Assembly (NCBI GenBank): GCA_037379345.1 | Contig: CM074511.1 | Location: 8,680,001 to 8,744,000 of the forward strand | Reading direction: 5' to 3' | Length of the DNA: 64,000 nt | From: Perna viridis | Lineage: Eukaryota | Shown here: in pieces, positions 48,851 through 63,457 of the stretch | How the letters are laid out: every line of letters starts with the position of its first letter | Numbering within the stretch: the first letter of the stretch is position 1 | Translations under genes and position numbers: made by a program | The notes under the pieces: generated by a model | Databases searched by the model: none | What the model was told of the DNA's origin: nothing | What the model saw: the letters and a program-made list of their open reading frames with translations, nothing else

Positions 48851-51800
48851 TTAATGCAGATGTTCTAATAAATCCACCACATAAAAAGCAATTATACACT
48901 AGCCAAGTAGATTCTTTCATTATTAGAACTAACAGCAAACTGACTCAGAATTGTCCTGGAATATAGCCTAAGATCACAAATCAGTAAACCTTTATACAGA
49001 CTTGTAAATGCTACTTTCAGACCAACTGTACTTTAAGTTGTAAATTATGAAGACAATTCATAAAATCTTGAACTTTGTTTTATTTTAACATGGGTATTAT
49101 GGAGAGATTCAGAATCTGTAGTATGTAATTTGCAGTAAAATTTCAAAGAAACTATGGTAAAATTCTAATGGTAAACATCTCTGCTCATGTCCTAGATTAG
49201 TGGAAATTAAGGAAAAAATTATTTACAAATAAAAAAGAATGTTTGAATTTATTGTGGTGATAATATCTAGCATTATCTACCATCCCTATTATGAAGGATG
49301 TCAAAATTTATTGTGTTGTGTGTGTATGACATTCAAAGTTTAAAAATTGTTGTAGGTGCTAATGTGTTAAAGCCATAAAAAATACAAAAAAACAAAAAAA
49401 AAGAAATGACTGTAGAGAGACAATTCACTTCTATCCATATAATAAAGGTGACCACCCACTCATCTAGTAAAATGTCATCCTGTTACTAAGTCATATGGTT
49501 AGGCTTAGCTTAGTTACACAATAATTCACCATTGACATGGTAAGTTAGTAGGAAGAGAGCATTCTGACAAGAGAAGTGAATGCTTGATAATCCCCTTCCT
49601 GCCAAGTTCACACAGGATATGTGCATATTTGTGCTAAGAATAAAAGTTAATCCCCATCTGTAGTGAAAATCCTCATTGAATTCATAATGGAATCATTTAG
49701 AATTTGTAATGGGGATCAATATTTTGATCAGAAGTTTTAATGAGACTTTTGGCTGCTAGTAAACTCTATAAATAAGGTATTTATATGACATACCAGTAAC
49801 CAACCTAAGTATAAATCAGTTATTTCTGTTTGTAAATGCACAAATGTTACATTTCAAATCACAATATAACCTTCATTTGCATATCAAGATGTTAATATTA
49901 CTACCAAAAGTAATAAATTTTACATTGGATTAAGCAACAGCTAGAAACAGTGCCTTAAATAGACATAATAAAGTGTCACTGTAAACAAAAATGTCAATTG
50001 TCTCAAGGTTAGCAATGGTCAAATAAATTTCCCTCCACAAGTGTTAATGAACTAGATGTACTTTGATGTGACACAAGTTTCCTTCTACATAAATAATGAA
50101 TCAGTATATTAACTACATGTATTACATGTATTGAGACTTTTAGTAGTAAGTGAAGGGTTATAACAAATCTAGACAATAGTCAAAGAAATAGTCTCAAAAG
50201 TAAAGTCTGTATAATATCAAACCATTAAAACCATCATAATGGTCCTGACTTGGTTCAGGCATTTCAAAATGAAAATGGGTTAAAGCAGGTTTTTAAAGTG
50301 TGCTTAACCTCCCACTTCCAGACGTCAAAACAGAAGTAAAAATAAAAGGAACTAAATACAATCAACATAATGTTAATCCAAAGCTCACTAAATCTATACC
50401 CCCAAACTATATACACAGAAATCATAATTGTAGGCTAGGTACAGAAACAAAGAAAAAAAAAAAGATTTTCGGAGATTACCCTAGTTGAGTAATTGTCTCT
50501 TCAACATATTATCAAATCCATTTGTGTTATATTCAAAAGTGTTATGTACATGTAACTTTTGAACTGATTAAGGTTGAGTCAATGTCCTTAGTGGCTTCAA
50601 GGTTTCTTTCTAATAACAGAAATTTAAAATAAATTAAATAATATGATATAAAGTTGTAATCTGTATATAGAAATATCTTAAAGCTCATCTAATCACTATA
50701 TTACCAATCATCTAATCATTCCTTCTAATGGAGGCTGAAAAATATGTGACGAAAAATTTCCCAATGCCTTGCATGTAAAAATTCAAAGTTGCTCAGAAAA
50801 CAGGAAGTAGATTACCAAGAAAGCTGGAAAGGAGAGACATGGAACAAGTCATCATGCAAAAGCCATATACCATATATCTAATCATTCCCAGTAGATTCCA
50901 AGAAATCTGCGATGGAAACATTTGTTATGTTTGACAGAATGACGAACGTACACCTCCATTACTATATATTCCCCATCCACTTTTCAAGCCGAGAGTTTAA
51001 AAAGAGACAGCGAGTCAAAAAGGTATAGCATGGTACATATATTCCCTTTCTTTTTTTAAAAATACTGACTATATGACCATGCCCTTTGACCTTTAACCTT
51101 GAAAACCAATAAGGTTCTAGATTGCCATATAAACTAATTTTGGAAAAAATGCATTGATTTAGTCTTCACTAAAATTGTACTGACTGATGGATGGAAGGAG
51201 GGATGGTAGCATTACTTTATCCCTTCACAACTTTAGCTGGTTATTGGCAATAAGCAAGACTAAGATGAGCGAGACCTTAACAAAGCAACCATTAGACATC
51301 ACAGATATATTTGAGCATTATGGACTAAATTCCCCTGTACTGTAATAGTACAACTAAAGGGTCAATGTACCATAACTATGATGAACAAAGGGTATAAATC
51401 CATAAAAAATTGGAGGTCTACACAGGGCAAGGCATTGTACCTTTTGATGGTGATGCTATTTTTGACATCATTACCATTTTAAATGAATATATCATATTCT
51501 TGAAGAATGGCCATTTGATATGTTCATACATAAGGTTAAATGATGCATCCATTAATTTCTGCATTCCCATAATAGGGTGTTATATAACTGTATGACCAAA
51601 TCTCTTACTGTATTTAAATTGTTTCTCACTTCTTTGAATGTCTTAGTGGGTGTTCACAAAATCAATCACTATTAACTGTGAAACATCAAGATGGTTATAT
51701 AATAAATATATATGTTGAGATGATGACAACCACAGACTTCCTATCACTATAAAACAGATCCTTATCTAAAAGATTTCAGTCATGGGAGAAAAGCTGTACT

Positions 51801-52576
51801 GTTTCATGAGTTACCTCTCTTTTATAGTGCATATCTGTATAATTTAATATCCCATGACATCTGGTACAGGTATAACTACTTATGAATGACTATGCACCCT
51901 TAGTTAAACATTTATCTCTTTATTCTCATTCATGATTTATCTTTGAATTAACATGGCAAGACAAAATAAAAAAAAGGAAAGAAAAAAAAAAAATATCAAT
52001 ACCCCTCTCTGTTCTTTATCTTAATCACTATGTCATTTTGTTTCATCATGAAAAATTCATTATTCAAATTAATTAGAACCAAGTTCACCCTGTAAAAAGA
52101 TGGATTTCAAGACACTTTTTGGTTAATGAATTAAAAAAACCTCATCAATGTTTTATAACTCTGGATATATACAGTATATTTCATCTAATTACTGTCTACT
52201 CATAAAAGAATGAAGGGCACCTTAAAAGATATGAAATTGCTTTGTTTGTATTGGATAAATCTATATTTGTGTGGAAATTAAATGTAAAAGGAAAATGATA
52301 CAAAAACAGAAACATCTAAGCACTAATACAAAGTAACTCTGGTAGAAATGTCAGTCAGTGTCTTTATTTTTTTTAGTTCTGAAGTCATCAAGACCAAATG
52401 ATAATACGTACATGCTAAATTGAATTTAGATATACTCTGTAAATTATATTAGAAAACAGACTAACGGACATGCCCTTTCTTTAACATGTAATAATCAAAC
52501 AAGGGCATAGTTTGTGATGAAAAAGCAACAATAAATCTTATAATGAATTTTCTGAAATACACTGTAACTAAGAATC

Positions 52577-52714
52577 TTACTCTTTCAATAAAAATTACCC
52601 CTCCCTCCCATGCTACCTTGTTTACTCTTTCAATAACAATTACCCCTCCCTCCCATGCTACCTTGTTTACTCTTTCAATAACAATTACCCCTCCCTCCCT
52701 CCCATGCTACCTTG
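52577..52714. repeat. 45-bp tandem repeat x3
   Basis: Unit TTTACTCTTTCAATAACAATTACCCCTCCCTCCCATGCTACCTTG. Confidence 0.9.
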
Positions 52715-55399
52715 TTGCTCAATATAACCAATTACAGCACTTCATTCTAACAAGAAAAACGAAAAAAGAGTAGATGTGACAAAACAATATTACGAATACT
52801 TTATATTAACTAATTTGTGGGTATCAAACATTAGCATTCAAACTCATGAACCTTTTCTGGAGTTGTGAATCCATGGGTGTAGATGGACTTTTTAAATTGA
52901 CAATCTTAACACTGTTTGATGATTTCATTTGATACTTTCTCTCGCTAAGTAGGAGAAACCATGAATATTAATAAGAATGATAATTACTTACAAAGTATTC
53001 ATAACGGTTTAATTTCACCATCATACCTAACCTTGGCATTCAGGTGTCAATAGTACCATTTGTTCTTTTAACAAAGTTCATAAATTAAAATTTTTACTTT
53101 GATGATTTCCTGAAGCAGTACACAAAATACCAATATAATACTGCAATTCTTTACACAAAGATTTGTTTAGATCTTACAAAAACATAATTTGACTTCATAA
53201 TAATATTAACACAGAATTTATTCAATAATATAAACAGTTCACACCTATCAGGACTAAATTGCAATTGAGGGGGTATTTTAATCGGCTTGAAAGTAAATCT
53301 GTTTACGATTTTAAGCCTGAGAATCCATTCAAAATCTTCTTATCTAACCTAAAAACTACGTAAGTGAACTACTCCAGAAAACATTCACCCAATTCTTCTG
53401 AGGTAATCTCTACCTCTCTTTTTTATTGTATTAAATTGAATAATTAGTTTGTGGAGAAATACATGGTAAGAAAAGTACATGTATATATATGTGATTATGT
53501 AGCTAAAACATGTAATTAAAGATCATTAAAAGGATTTTGGACTCATGATTTAAGTTAAGGTTTATGGGTATTTACCTTCAATATTCATTTTACTAAGAAA
53601 CTGTACCTACAAAATAATTTCCTTCCATGCTGAGAGTGTATACGAACAAAATCAAGAATAAATTACAAGGTACCCTTTCCTTATGTCTGATGCATAACTT
53701 TGTTGAGTTAAATGTATTATCAAGAGTCTAATTAAAATATATATCCGGTATAAATAAGTTGTTGACACAATTTTTTTTATCAAACAGATATCATATGCAA
53801 GAAACTGGAGATGTCATTTAAAAACTTTTCAAGCCTGGTTTATAAGAAATTTGTAAATATTAAATAAAAATAACATTTCATGTTCATGCATAAGTTTTTA
53901 AAATTGAGTTTCCATTTAAAAATGTACCTCTCAGAATTTTGCTTGTGATGACTGCACTTTATAAGGTAATCACAGTTTGGATTGCTTTACCTAAACTACA
54001 ATTTTATAATATCATTAAATAAACTGGTAGTATTGCCACAGATAATCTCTGTTAAAGCAAGCTCTTCGAATTATTCTGGTACATGTACACATGTAAACAA
54101 AATATTCTAGTGCATTATGTTACAAGATCCTGCCATTCTATTCCCAATAGTAACCAGTGATGCACAAATTTAGTCCCTAACTTGAACATAAATTCTAATC
54201 TCATTACAACAGCAGGAGTCTACACAACAGTGTTTAATATAAGGAAAAACTACATTTTCAATAAATCGGTCGGTTATGGACCCCAAGGTAACAAAAAATA
54301 GAAAGACAAATGTGTATTTGATTCAGTATGGAAAATCCTTTTCTTCTGAATATAGTCGAAACAGCTGGAGTCTGCAGGTAGCTTACATTTTTATTCAATA
54401 TTTAGTTATATATAGTATAATAACATCTTTCTTCATGGTGATTGCAATTCTAACATCATATCAACTTATTTATTATAGATCAACTGAGGCTTAATCCCAA
54501 TTTAGACGTGTTAAAAGGGAGATAACTCTATCTGACCATATAAACCAAGTACTTTCAGAACAGCTTTTTTGAGTATCCATTTGCAAAGACATTTTAATTT
54601 CATAAACATTTGAAATACAAAAAAAAGATATTTATTAAAACTTGTTCAAGAAATTTGGCAACAAGTATTTTTAATCAAAAAAAAGTTTTTTTGTTTTCTC
54701 ACAAGAAGTGGACCAGAAGTTTGACATTACGATGTCAGAAACAATACAACTTGTTATTTGTTGCTTTTGTTCACAATTAGGAGAGATTAACACTAATAAT
54801 TTTTTTTTCATATGTTGTTTAAAATGTTCGCTTTATGCCCAACATAATGTTCAAGTCCATGGTTCTTTCATGCCAATTGCTGAATTGGTCATATTCTGAA
54901 TTTTTATTGACTGATGTGTTCAGTAAATATGTAGAAATTTGACACAATCTGAATCAGGATGAACCTTCAGATCAACATTTATTTCCTGTAAACATGGACT
55001 TTTGTACAAGGAAAGATTGAATCTTCCATTCATATGTGCTAACATGTGTTAGTCATTTTTGTCTTCCTTACATAACCAATCTATTTCCCAAATACTTGTC
55101 ATCAATCCTTTCCATTTATATTTGCTACAAGACCCTCTTAGGAAGAAATGAAAACAGTTTATTGAGTACATGTATTGCTCTGATAGAAGATCTTCTGGCA
55201 ATATAAGAGAGGTAAATTACACAATCTTGCAATTAAACCTAAAGTTTCACACCAAAAATGATGTTGGAGCTCGTAAGTATCATTTGTTTATACAAACATA
55301 GATTTTCTGTGTCAAATATATAATAAAAACTTCACTTTATGTTCTAAAATCCTCATTCTCACATGAGGTTAGAGTATATTTAATAATGAATTTACTTAC

Positions 55400-55438
55400 G
55401 TTTTGTAAATTCTACTGAATTACTATCAGCATGGATTT
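55400..55438 (-). CDS. Candidate 39-nt symmetric (phase 1-1) microexon encoding xIHADSNSVEFTKx
   Basis: Acceptor TTGTTTGTTTATTTTGTTACAG| and consensus donor AAC|GTAAGTAA. Length is a multiple of 3 and only the phase-1 frame is stop-free. Confidence 0.55.
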
Positions 55439-57215
55439 CTGTAACAAAATAAACAAACAATCAACCTAAAAATGATATTAAATCAAATAGTAAAAACAAA
55501 GACAAAAAAATTCACACAAAAAATCATTATAATTTTCGAAAAAAACTCCATTTGCATAGTAAAAAAAATAGTTTAGTACTGCAATGTAGCTGGTCATGAT
55601 TTAATCTATACATAACTCCTTTCAAAACTTTCCAAATAGTTTGCAATACTAATGTTGGTGATTTTCTTTTGGATCTCATACCATGAAAAGATATAGTGAC
55701 CATTCAAACATTGTTGTAGTTTTGATCATAATTATATTTGTTTGTACTTTGGTAAATAAACAGATTTGAGGCAGCCTAGAAATTAATACAATATTACATT
55801 TGTATATCTGGACAAATTTCCTAGTAATTTATATAAAAGGAAAATTAATACAAAATGTGTTGAAGTCCTACTAAAAGTATAAATCTGTTTTTTTTTAAAA
55901 GGTTGCCTAGGGCCAATTGTCAATATTTCAAATAGTTGTTTCTTTAAAATATTCTCGACTTCCCATTAACAATTCATTCAAATGAAGCTGCAAACAAAAT
56001 TTCAAATCAATCATATCAAAAAAAGCCAATACTTCTGTACCAGAAATTTCACTTTTACAGCTGGAAGAGAGGAAAATATCACAAAGCATCCAAAATCTCC
56101 TAAAAATATGAAGCTACATATCAAATTTGGAATCTATTCAAAACGTAGTAAACAAAATTGAGATAGCCAGAATATCAGGTGATTCCAAATAGTCAGGGTA
56201 TAATATTACAGTGTTTGATTGAAATCCTAACCATCACAGTAAAGTGTATGAAGATGTATGCCTTCCTTTATAAAATACCACTTGATGAATAAGTAAGATT
56301 TCTTTTATTACTCACACCATATCCATAGAAAAAACCAAGATTTGCTTCTGTCAATCTTTAATGATGAGTACCTCATTTTTTTTTATACGACTGAGTACTA
56401 TTACATGTAGTACCAAGGGAAATAACTCAATATAATGACAGATTAGATTACACAGTTATAAATGGAAATATTAAATGAACAATTCAAACAAATAAAAAGA
56501 ATATATTTCTTCATGGAAATAAAAAAATATAATGAGATTCTTTTTTCAATAGTATTGACTCACTAGAAGCAGTATTAGGTTAAACTTTGGTTTGCATGAT
56601 GATAAATCAATCAGTAATGGTTTCCGTGCTGCCATGTAACTATCTATACGTAAGATAGACAATGGTCTTAAAGAGAAGACCAAGGCTATTCTAAACAATA
56701 TTTGTCGACTGAAATACTCCAATTAAATCAATAGTTACTAAGTCATTGACCAAGATGCATAGGGATGTAAGATTTTTCTTCCAAGCTAGAATAACCAAGA
56801 CTGGCACACACTGAATTAAAACACAAATGTCTATAAGGAAAAATTGAGAAAAAAATCTTAATAGAAACAAACCGTCTGGATCACAGCTGACAGATACAAG
56901 GTAAGGAAAGTGCCAGGTTGGGTAAGATAATAGGACAGAATATCATAACAACCTCCAGGGGTTGACAAAGGAAGGAAAAACTGTATTATTTATCACTGAT
57001 CAGTGTCTAGAGGCAGGTCTTAACCACACATCTGTATAGAACAGATAAATGTCAATTTTCATCTTTTCAGTTTTTTTAACGCAGATGTTTTTTGTAGTAT
57101 TATTCCTAGAATTACACTTAATTCTTTGAAAGAACGTTTTAGTCACATTCCCGTACACAAGTAAGTGGTTAAAGTTTAGTTCATAATGTACCAGTAAAAT
57201 GGCTTAGCAGAAGTT

Positions 57216-57752
57216 GACACCTCATAGTACTTTATTCTCTAGGATGGCATTAAAATAAAAACGGGCGTAGACACCTCATAGTACTTTATTCTCTAGGATG
57301 GCATTAAAATAAAAAACGGGAGTAAACACCTCATAGTACTTTATTCTCTAGGATGGCATTAAAATAAAAACGGGCGTAGACACCTCATAGTACTTTATTC
57401 TCTAGGATGGCATTAAAATAAAAACGGCGTAGACACCTCATAGTACTTTATTCTCTATGATGGCATTAAAATAAAAAACGGGAGTAAACACCTCATAGTA
57501 CTTTATTCTCTAGGATGGCATTAAAATAAAAACAGGCTTAGACACCTCATAGTACTTTATTCTCTAGGATGGCATTAAAATAAAAAAACGGGAGTAAACA
57601 CCTCATAGTACTTTATTCTCTAGGATGGCATTAAAATAAAAATGGGCGTAGACACCTCACAGTACTTTATTCTCTAGGATGGCATTAAAATAAAAAACGG
57701 GAGTAGACACTTCATAGTACTTCATTTTCCAAGATGGCATTAAAGTAAAAAA
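57216..57752. repeat. 53-56-bp minisatellite x10
   Basis: Unit ACACCTCATAGTACTTTATTCTCTAGGATGGCATTAAAATAAAAACGGG(C/A)GTA(G/A). Confidence 0.96.
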
Positions 57753-59223
57753 CATATTGCTTCACAGCTTTTTAGTGCAGACCATCAATGAATATAGTAA
57801 GACTTGAGAGTTTGTTATAAAACTTAACTCCAACAAATAATGTAATTGTTTCACCAATACAAACATATTATATCCATGACAAAAGGAGACAGACAAAAAA
57901 TTGTCAGGGTATTCTTACATAAAACCTTTCCAGTTCTTTCGAATATTTGATTACAAATCAATAGGTTTCTGCACTGTAAGCAAACAATATCTCCTGTCCG
58001 AATTAACAGCTACTTTTCCTGGTTATGTCAACCTACTTTCATGGTGATGCAATAAAAGGGAAAGAAGAATAATGGCTATTTCATTAAAGTCAATTACATG
58101 GTACCAAATATGGAGTTACAATTTACTTAAAATCCATCAAAATTTATTCCACAATGCAAGAAACATCAGCTATGAGCACAGAACTCCATTATACAAATTA
58201 GTGCCTTCAGAGAAAACATCTTAGCCTATAAGACAATTCTATGTAAATTTAATGACAAATATTTATACAGTTATCTGTGGACAATTTATACTTAACAGTA
58301 TGAATCTAACTAACTATAAAACGTAAGCGCTGTGGAGATTTTTTACTAATGGAACTCTGCACAATTCAATTTCCTAACTTCAGTGTTCGGATAATGGACA
58401 TATCCATTGCCTTATCCGGTCTTTTTGTCTTTCTACGGAAACAGCATAATGATGTTACTTTATAAAACAAATTCCCCATCACCCAACAAAAGAAACAGTT
58501 ATCGAGTATGTAATAGGTCTATACAGTCAGGACATTTCTCAGCTTATCATTAATATATAATTAGAACTGATCAGAATATAAAATATCAGATAAAAAAACC
58601 TGATTACCATAGACAAATAAGGAATTGGAAAATGATTTTTCAGTCTATATCTCATAACACAAGATTTTCTTGAACATCTGATACTTTGGGTACTTACAAT
58701 TATATTAAGAAAATTTCTCAAGAAACAAGGATTTTCTTCCATATATTCTCTGTTGTATATATAGAGATCTTTATTTCATGAAAAGAAATAAAATATTTTC
58801 CAATAACAATGTCTCTGAGAAATAGGAAAAAAAGCCATCTATATTTAATTTCAATGGATTTGTGACATCTTTGTTTTTTTCTACTGTTTATGAAGTATAT
58901 TAGCATGACAATTGTTGGATAAGATGTGTCAGTCAATAACTTCTATATTAGATTGAATCAGAGGTCTATCTATATAATGTATTTCAATGATGAATGTGAA
59001 CTGCAATACTGTGAACCAGATAGATATTATGAAATACAATGAAGTAGTTCAGTAACAGGGGCAATATGTAAAATAGCATGAAATACTCAGTACAAATAGT
59101 TTAATATAATATTTGTATATACAAAATGTATTACCTTTATCAAAAACTGATTTAGACATCATAGGAAAGAAAGAAGTTAATGATTTGATTTTATATTGGT
59201 TAATCATGATACACAAAATTGGC

Positions 59224-59281
59224 TTACTGCAATAGAGGTCACAAAGAAGGAATTTACTGCAATAGAGGTCACAAAGAAGGA
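59224..59281. repeat. 30-bp tandem duplication
   Basis: TTACTGCAATAGAGGTCACAAAGAAGGA present twice. Confidence 0.9.
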
Positions 59282-61960
59282 TATAATATTTCATATGACA
59301 ACATGACACATAGAAAATAGACAATATGTTTTTATTCCAATTCCAAGGAAGGCTAACTTATATGTCAAGTTAATCACTGCCAATATCAAATGAGTTGATT
59401 AACTTTGTATTACAGCTCTGACTATATAAACCATAACTAGGTTAATATATTATCAAATAGGACAAAAGTAGCATTGTTTTTCATGACATCAAAATATTTG
59501 TTTTGATTTTTGTTAGGAATATGAGTACCCATAACTAGTAGAAACAAAGCACAGAAATTAGAGGTAACAGTTCAAAGGTTGCCAATATTTTGACTAATTT
59601 ACCAATCAATTCCTCTTCAAATAGGTAAATTGGTTATTAAAATGCTTTGCAGGTTGCAGCTTCAAATGACAAACCATGAACAGCTGGGACAAGTATTGAC
59701 AGAACATACAACTCTGAAATAAGATAATGATGTTTGACACAGTATAAGCTTCTGACAGGAATGACTTTCAAATTTGCAATAATCAAATTAAATAATAAAT
59801 TCATACAAAGTTGAAGAAAATGTTTATTCATCAAAACCTTCCTTTTGCATTATGAAGTCTTGAAATAAGATTTTATAGAAATCAAAACACTTTTACTAAA
59901 GTTTTGTACCAAAGCCAAATTTATTTTGTTTTTGACCCTTATTCTCCCTATATTCTCAAAGTAGTTCAAGCAACAAACCCCAAAACCAATCAAAACCTTC
60001 CATTTAAAGTGTAGTGATTTGAAATTCTATTTCAAAAGAAGATCCCTACACTTTCACTTCCTTCTTTTTAAGGAATATTACCTTTGTGTACAATATCATT
60101 GCAATCCATACACTTAAAGTTATTGTCTAGAAACCAAATTCTCTACGAATGACAAGGACTCCACTGTATTCGAATAAATTGCCCACCAAGAAATGATTCT
60201 ACCTCAAACTGAGGAGAAAAAAACTCACAAACATAGACAAAACCAAAAATTTTGCCCCCATAGAGACCATGTTGATTAAAATAGAAGTGTATTTATCATG
60301 GTTTAATGGTCAGATCTAATTGGAGTCCAACAGATGGACATTCAAGCTGAAACATCTAGACGATCTAAACAGATAGCATCAGGAAAATTATATAATACCA
60401 TGAATGATTGAAGAGACCTAGTCCTCAAAATACTGGCAGATTAAATGTCTACTATAGATACAGATAACACTGAGTTTAGATTTAATGAAAACTAGTATTA
60501 AGTAGTGGTAAAAAAAAAATAATAATAAAACGATGAGCAATAAAATGTTCTGCTAGGTGCAGCTTGATGAGACAGCAATAATCAAAGGCAAATGAGAAAG
60601 TTTCTTTGATAGAATTTCCTTATGATTTCAAAATGGTACGATAATTGTAAGAGAATTGTGTAACGGGGTTTGTAATGAAATTCACTAATCGCTTCTTCAG
60701 CGCATATCTTAAGATAGACAATAACAGTAAACTGATTTTCCCTAACTGGTGTAAGGATGAGGTTTAGAACCATAGTATAATATGAGACTTTACCAAGCAA
60801 TTTCACCAATTTAAGCTGAATCCATATACTAAAATTTTAATCAAGGCAAATGTGATGTGTTTTTATACTGCAATATGCCAGAAAAACAACAATTTTGATA
60901 CAAAGCCAGTGACATCTTGTAGCTCTATAACTATTGTTATTTTTTCTTTTTTTTTGTATCATCACAACAAAAAGTTTTTAGTCGTTGATAGTACATCACT
61001 TGAAAATATATGATCAATTTAATCAAGTGCTCAAGTAAAATGGTTGCAGAATCAAGAAGACTTCTCATTTTATGACAAATGAATAATTTTAAATTACATG
61101 TAACAACAAAGCACCCCACAAATTTTGACACATCATTATTTAATTCCGACAGAAGAAATGGTGCCATAAATCAAGTACAGACAATAAGAATTTCCACTGC
61201 TTAATCACAAAATAAAACGACATTAAATAAACATGTAAACCTATAAAGTACTGACTATCAATGGCAGCTAAGGATTGTTTCAGTCCACTATACAAACATT
61301 ATATTGGTTAATGGGCAACCAAAGCAGAAATAACTAGATTAATTAATTACAGCAAGGAAAAACTGTAAATCTAACAAAATTACTATTCTAACATGCAGAA
61401 ATCACTCAAGTAATGATCTTCATGTTTAATTAAAAGTACACATGATTATATAGAAGATAGATCTATGCATTATATTGCCACTAAATTAGGCAATAAGTCT
61501 GGTATAGATCAGGCATATCTAAATATTTAGAGAATCAAATCTTGTAGAATGGATATCATGACACAGATTAGCGTAGGTTTAATGGCTTTTAAGGTCAGCA
61601 TGGTCTGGTAAACAATGATTTGTAATTAAAACAAATAGCCCTTAGATTCTACATAATGGGCCACATATAGTTCAGAAACCTTGGAAGTACCTCTTTAACC
61701 TACATTGAATTTTAGAGTTCCCCAGACCTAAATGTAGAAAACATACATACAAAGTAATCAATCAATGAACTAAACAGTCAACTTCAGCACATAAATTGGG
61801 CAAAAGGAATAATGGTACCCCTTTAGTTTAAATTTGGCACAGTGACCTTGACTTTAGATCTGCAACCTTTAAAATAAATAGGCCTAGGGTCACAAGTATG
61901 GATGTTGAATCAATGACATTAATTAATTTAAGTCCATATATGATCTTGACATTAAGACTA

Positions 61961-62169
61961 CTGTGATAGTACTATTATTATTCGTGTGGTACCAATTTTC
62001 GTGGATTTAGTGGGTAGACCAAACCACGAAATTTGGTTTCCAATGAAAAGGAGATTCCCTTTGATGTGTTTACAGAAAACCACAAAACCACTAATTCAAG
62101 AATCCATGAATTTGTGTTTCTTCCCTAATCCATGAAAATTGGTACCCGCAAATATAAGTATTTTCACAG
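61961..62169. mobile_element. 209-bp MITE with TA target-site duplication (Tc1/mariner-type ends)
   Basis: TA|CTGTGA...TCACAG|TA. Imperfect ~48-bp TIRs include GGTACCAATTTTCGTGGATT / AATCCATGAAAATTGGTACC. Confidence 0.85.
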
Positions 62170-62482
62170 TATTACCTTGAAAATCAATAGAATTTAAACT
62201 GCTATAAGGACAAATCAAGGACATGAACTCAGTGACTAAAATACACAAAACGTTCATACGGGTCCTATAGATAGACAATAAGATCATTTGGAAGCTTTAC
62301 TACATATCTTCCCCACAAACTGTAAGGTGATACATACAACATTATTTGGTATGTATACAGCTTTCACCTTTTGATTGCGGTATAATTTCAAGAGAAGAAC
62401 TATTCATTTTTATTTACAATTTCCAAAAACCAATGGACACCTGATTTAACAGAATATGAAGCATTATAATCTGTGTAAATGA

Positions 62483-62625
62483 GACACTAGCCTACACCTT
62501 ACAAAATACCCAACACTGACTGCAGTGTAAACAGATACTAGCCTACACCTAACAAACTACCCATCACTGACTGCAGTATAAACAAGACACTAGCCTACAC
62601 CTAACAAAATACCCAACACTGACTG
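62483..62625. repeat. ~52-bp tandem repeat x3
   Basis: Unit GACACTAGCCTACACCTAACAAAATACCCAACACTGACTGCAGT... Confidence 0.9.
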
Positions 62626-63457
62626 TACCTACAGATAATACAGACAGAATCTTAATTTTTTTCCATTCCTAATCTTTCCCACTGAGTTTTGTTTATCAGT
62701 CAAAATCAGCTGTCAGTGCTGTAGCTATTTCACTATCATTGTTGCACTATAACAATAAATCCAATAAAAAAAACAGTAACACTAGCAGACTTATTAAGGG
62801 TAAAGTGTACTCTATCACAATCATATAAGAACATTGTTTGTCTTATTACAGCATATACAATAATGAAATTCAGGGAACATTGTTATCTTTTCCTGATTAA
62901 ATGACAATCGGGATATTTACCGCTTGATGTAGATTTTAAGTGGGAAAATTTTCTCTTTGTAATCACTCTCCAGCCCACACCTGACTGGCCAACATTCAAG
63001 TTTCAGTAAAAATGTAGTAGATTTATTTTTGTCTTTGCTTAAATTTTATTATTATGATTATTTTATGCTTTCCAAAATTCTAAACCTATACTTCGTCCAG
63101 GTATAACTCTTGATACGGTCTTTTGCATTGCGTATGGACACAGGTTTCCACAGAACTTTCCTACATACATAGTTGCACCACCTAGAAGTTGGGTTTTGTG
63201 GTTTATCCTGGCAGACGAAGCCGTCAATGATAGAGAATGTTTCACTACACATTATTTGTATTTTGAAATACAACATATGACCATATATATGTTATTTATA
63301 TACTTTAGTACACACTGTTGTTATATTTATCCTGTTGCGTTATTATACATGCATTATGCCTTATGATAATAAAACTCCCATGTCCACTGATTAGTTGCAC
63401 TGGGTCATTTGCAATTTATAGAATTGTTTATTTATATAAGCCTATATAGTTAAATGT

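Noticed and set aside
52543-52773. ORF with a 15-aa repeat (TLSITITPPSHATLF)
   Set aside because: Artefact of a 45-bp tandem repeat.
53576-53606. Possible minus-strand mini-exon ending ATG AAT ATT GAA G|GTAAAT (phase 1)
   Set aside because: It fits the phase-1 pattern but is short enough to arise by chance in AT-rich DNA.
57919-57973. Possible 55-nt minus-strand exon (TTACAG|...TAT|GTAAGA)
   Set aside because: Weak exon-side donor context, short pyrimidine tract, asymmetric phases and no supporting homology.
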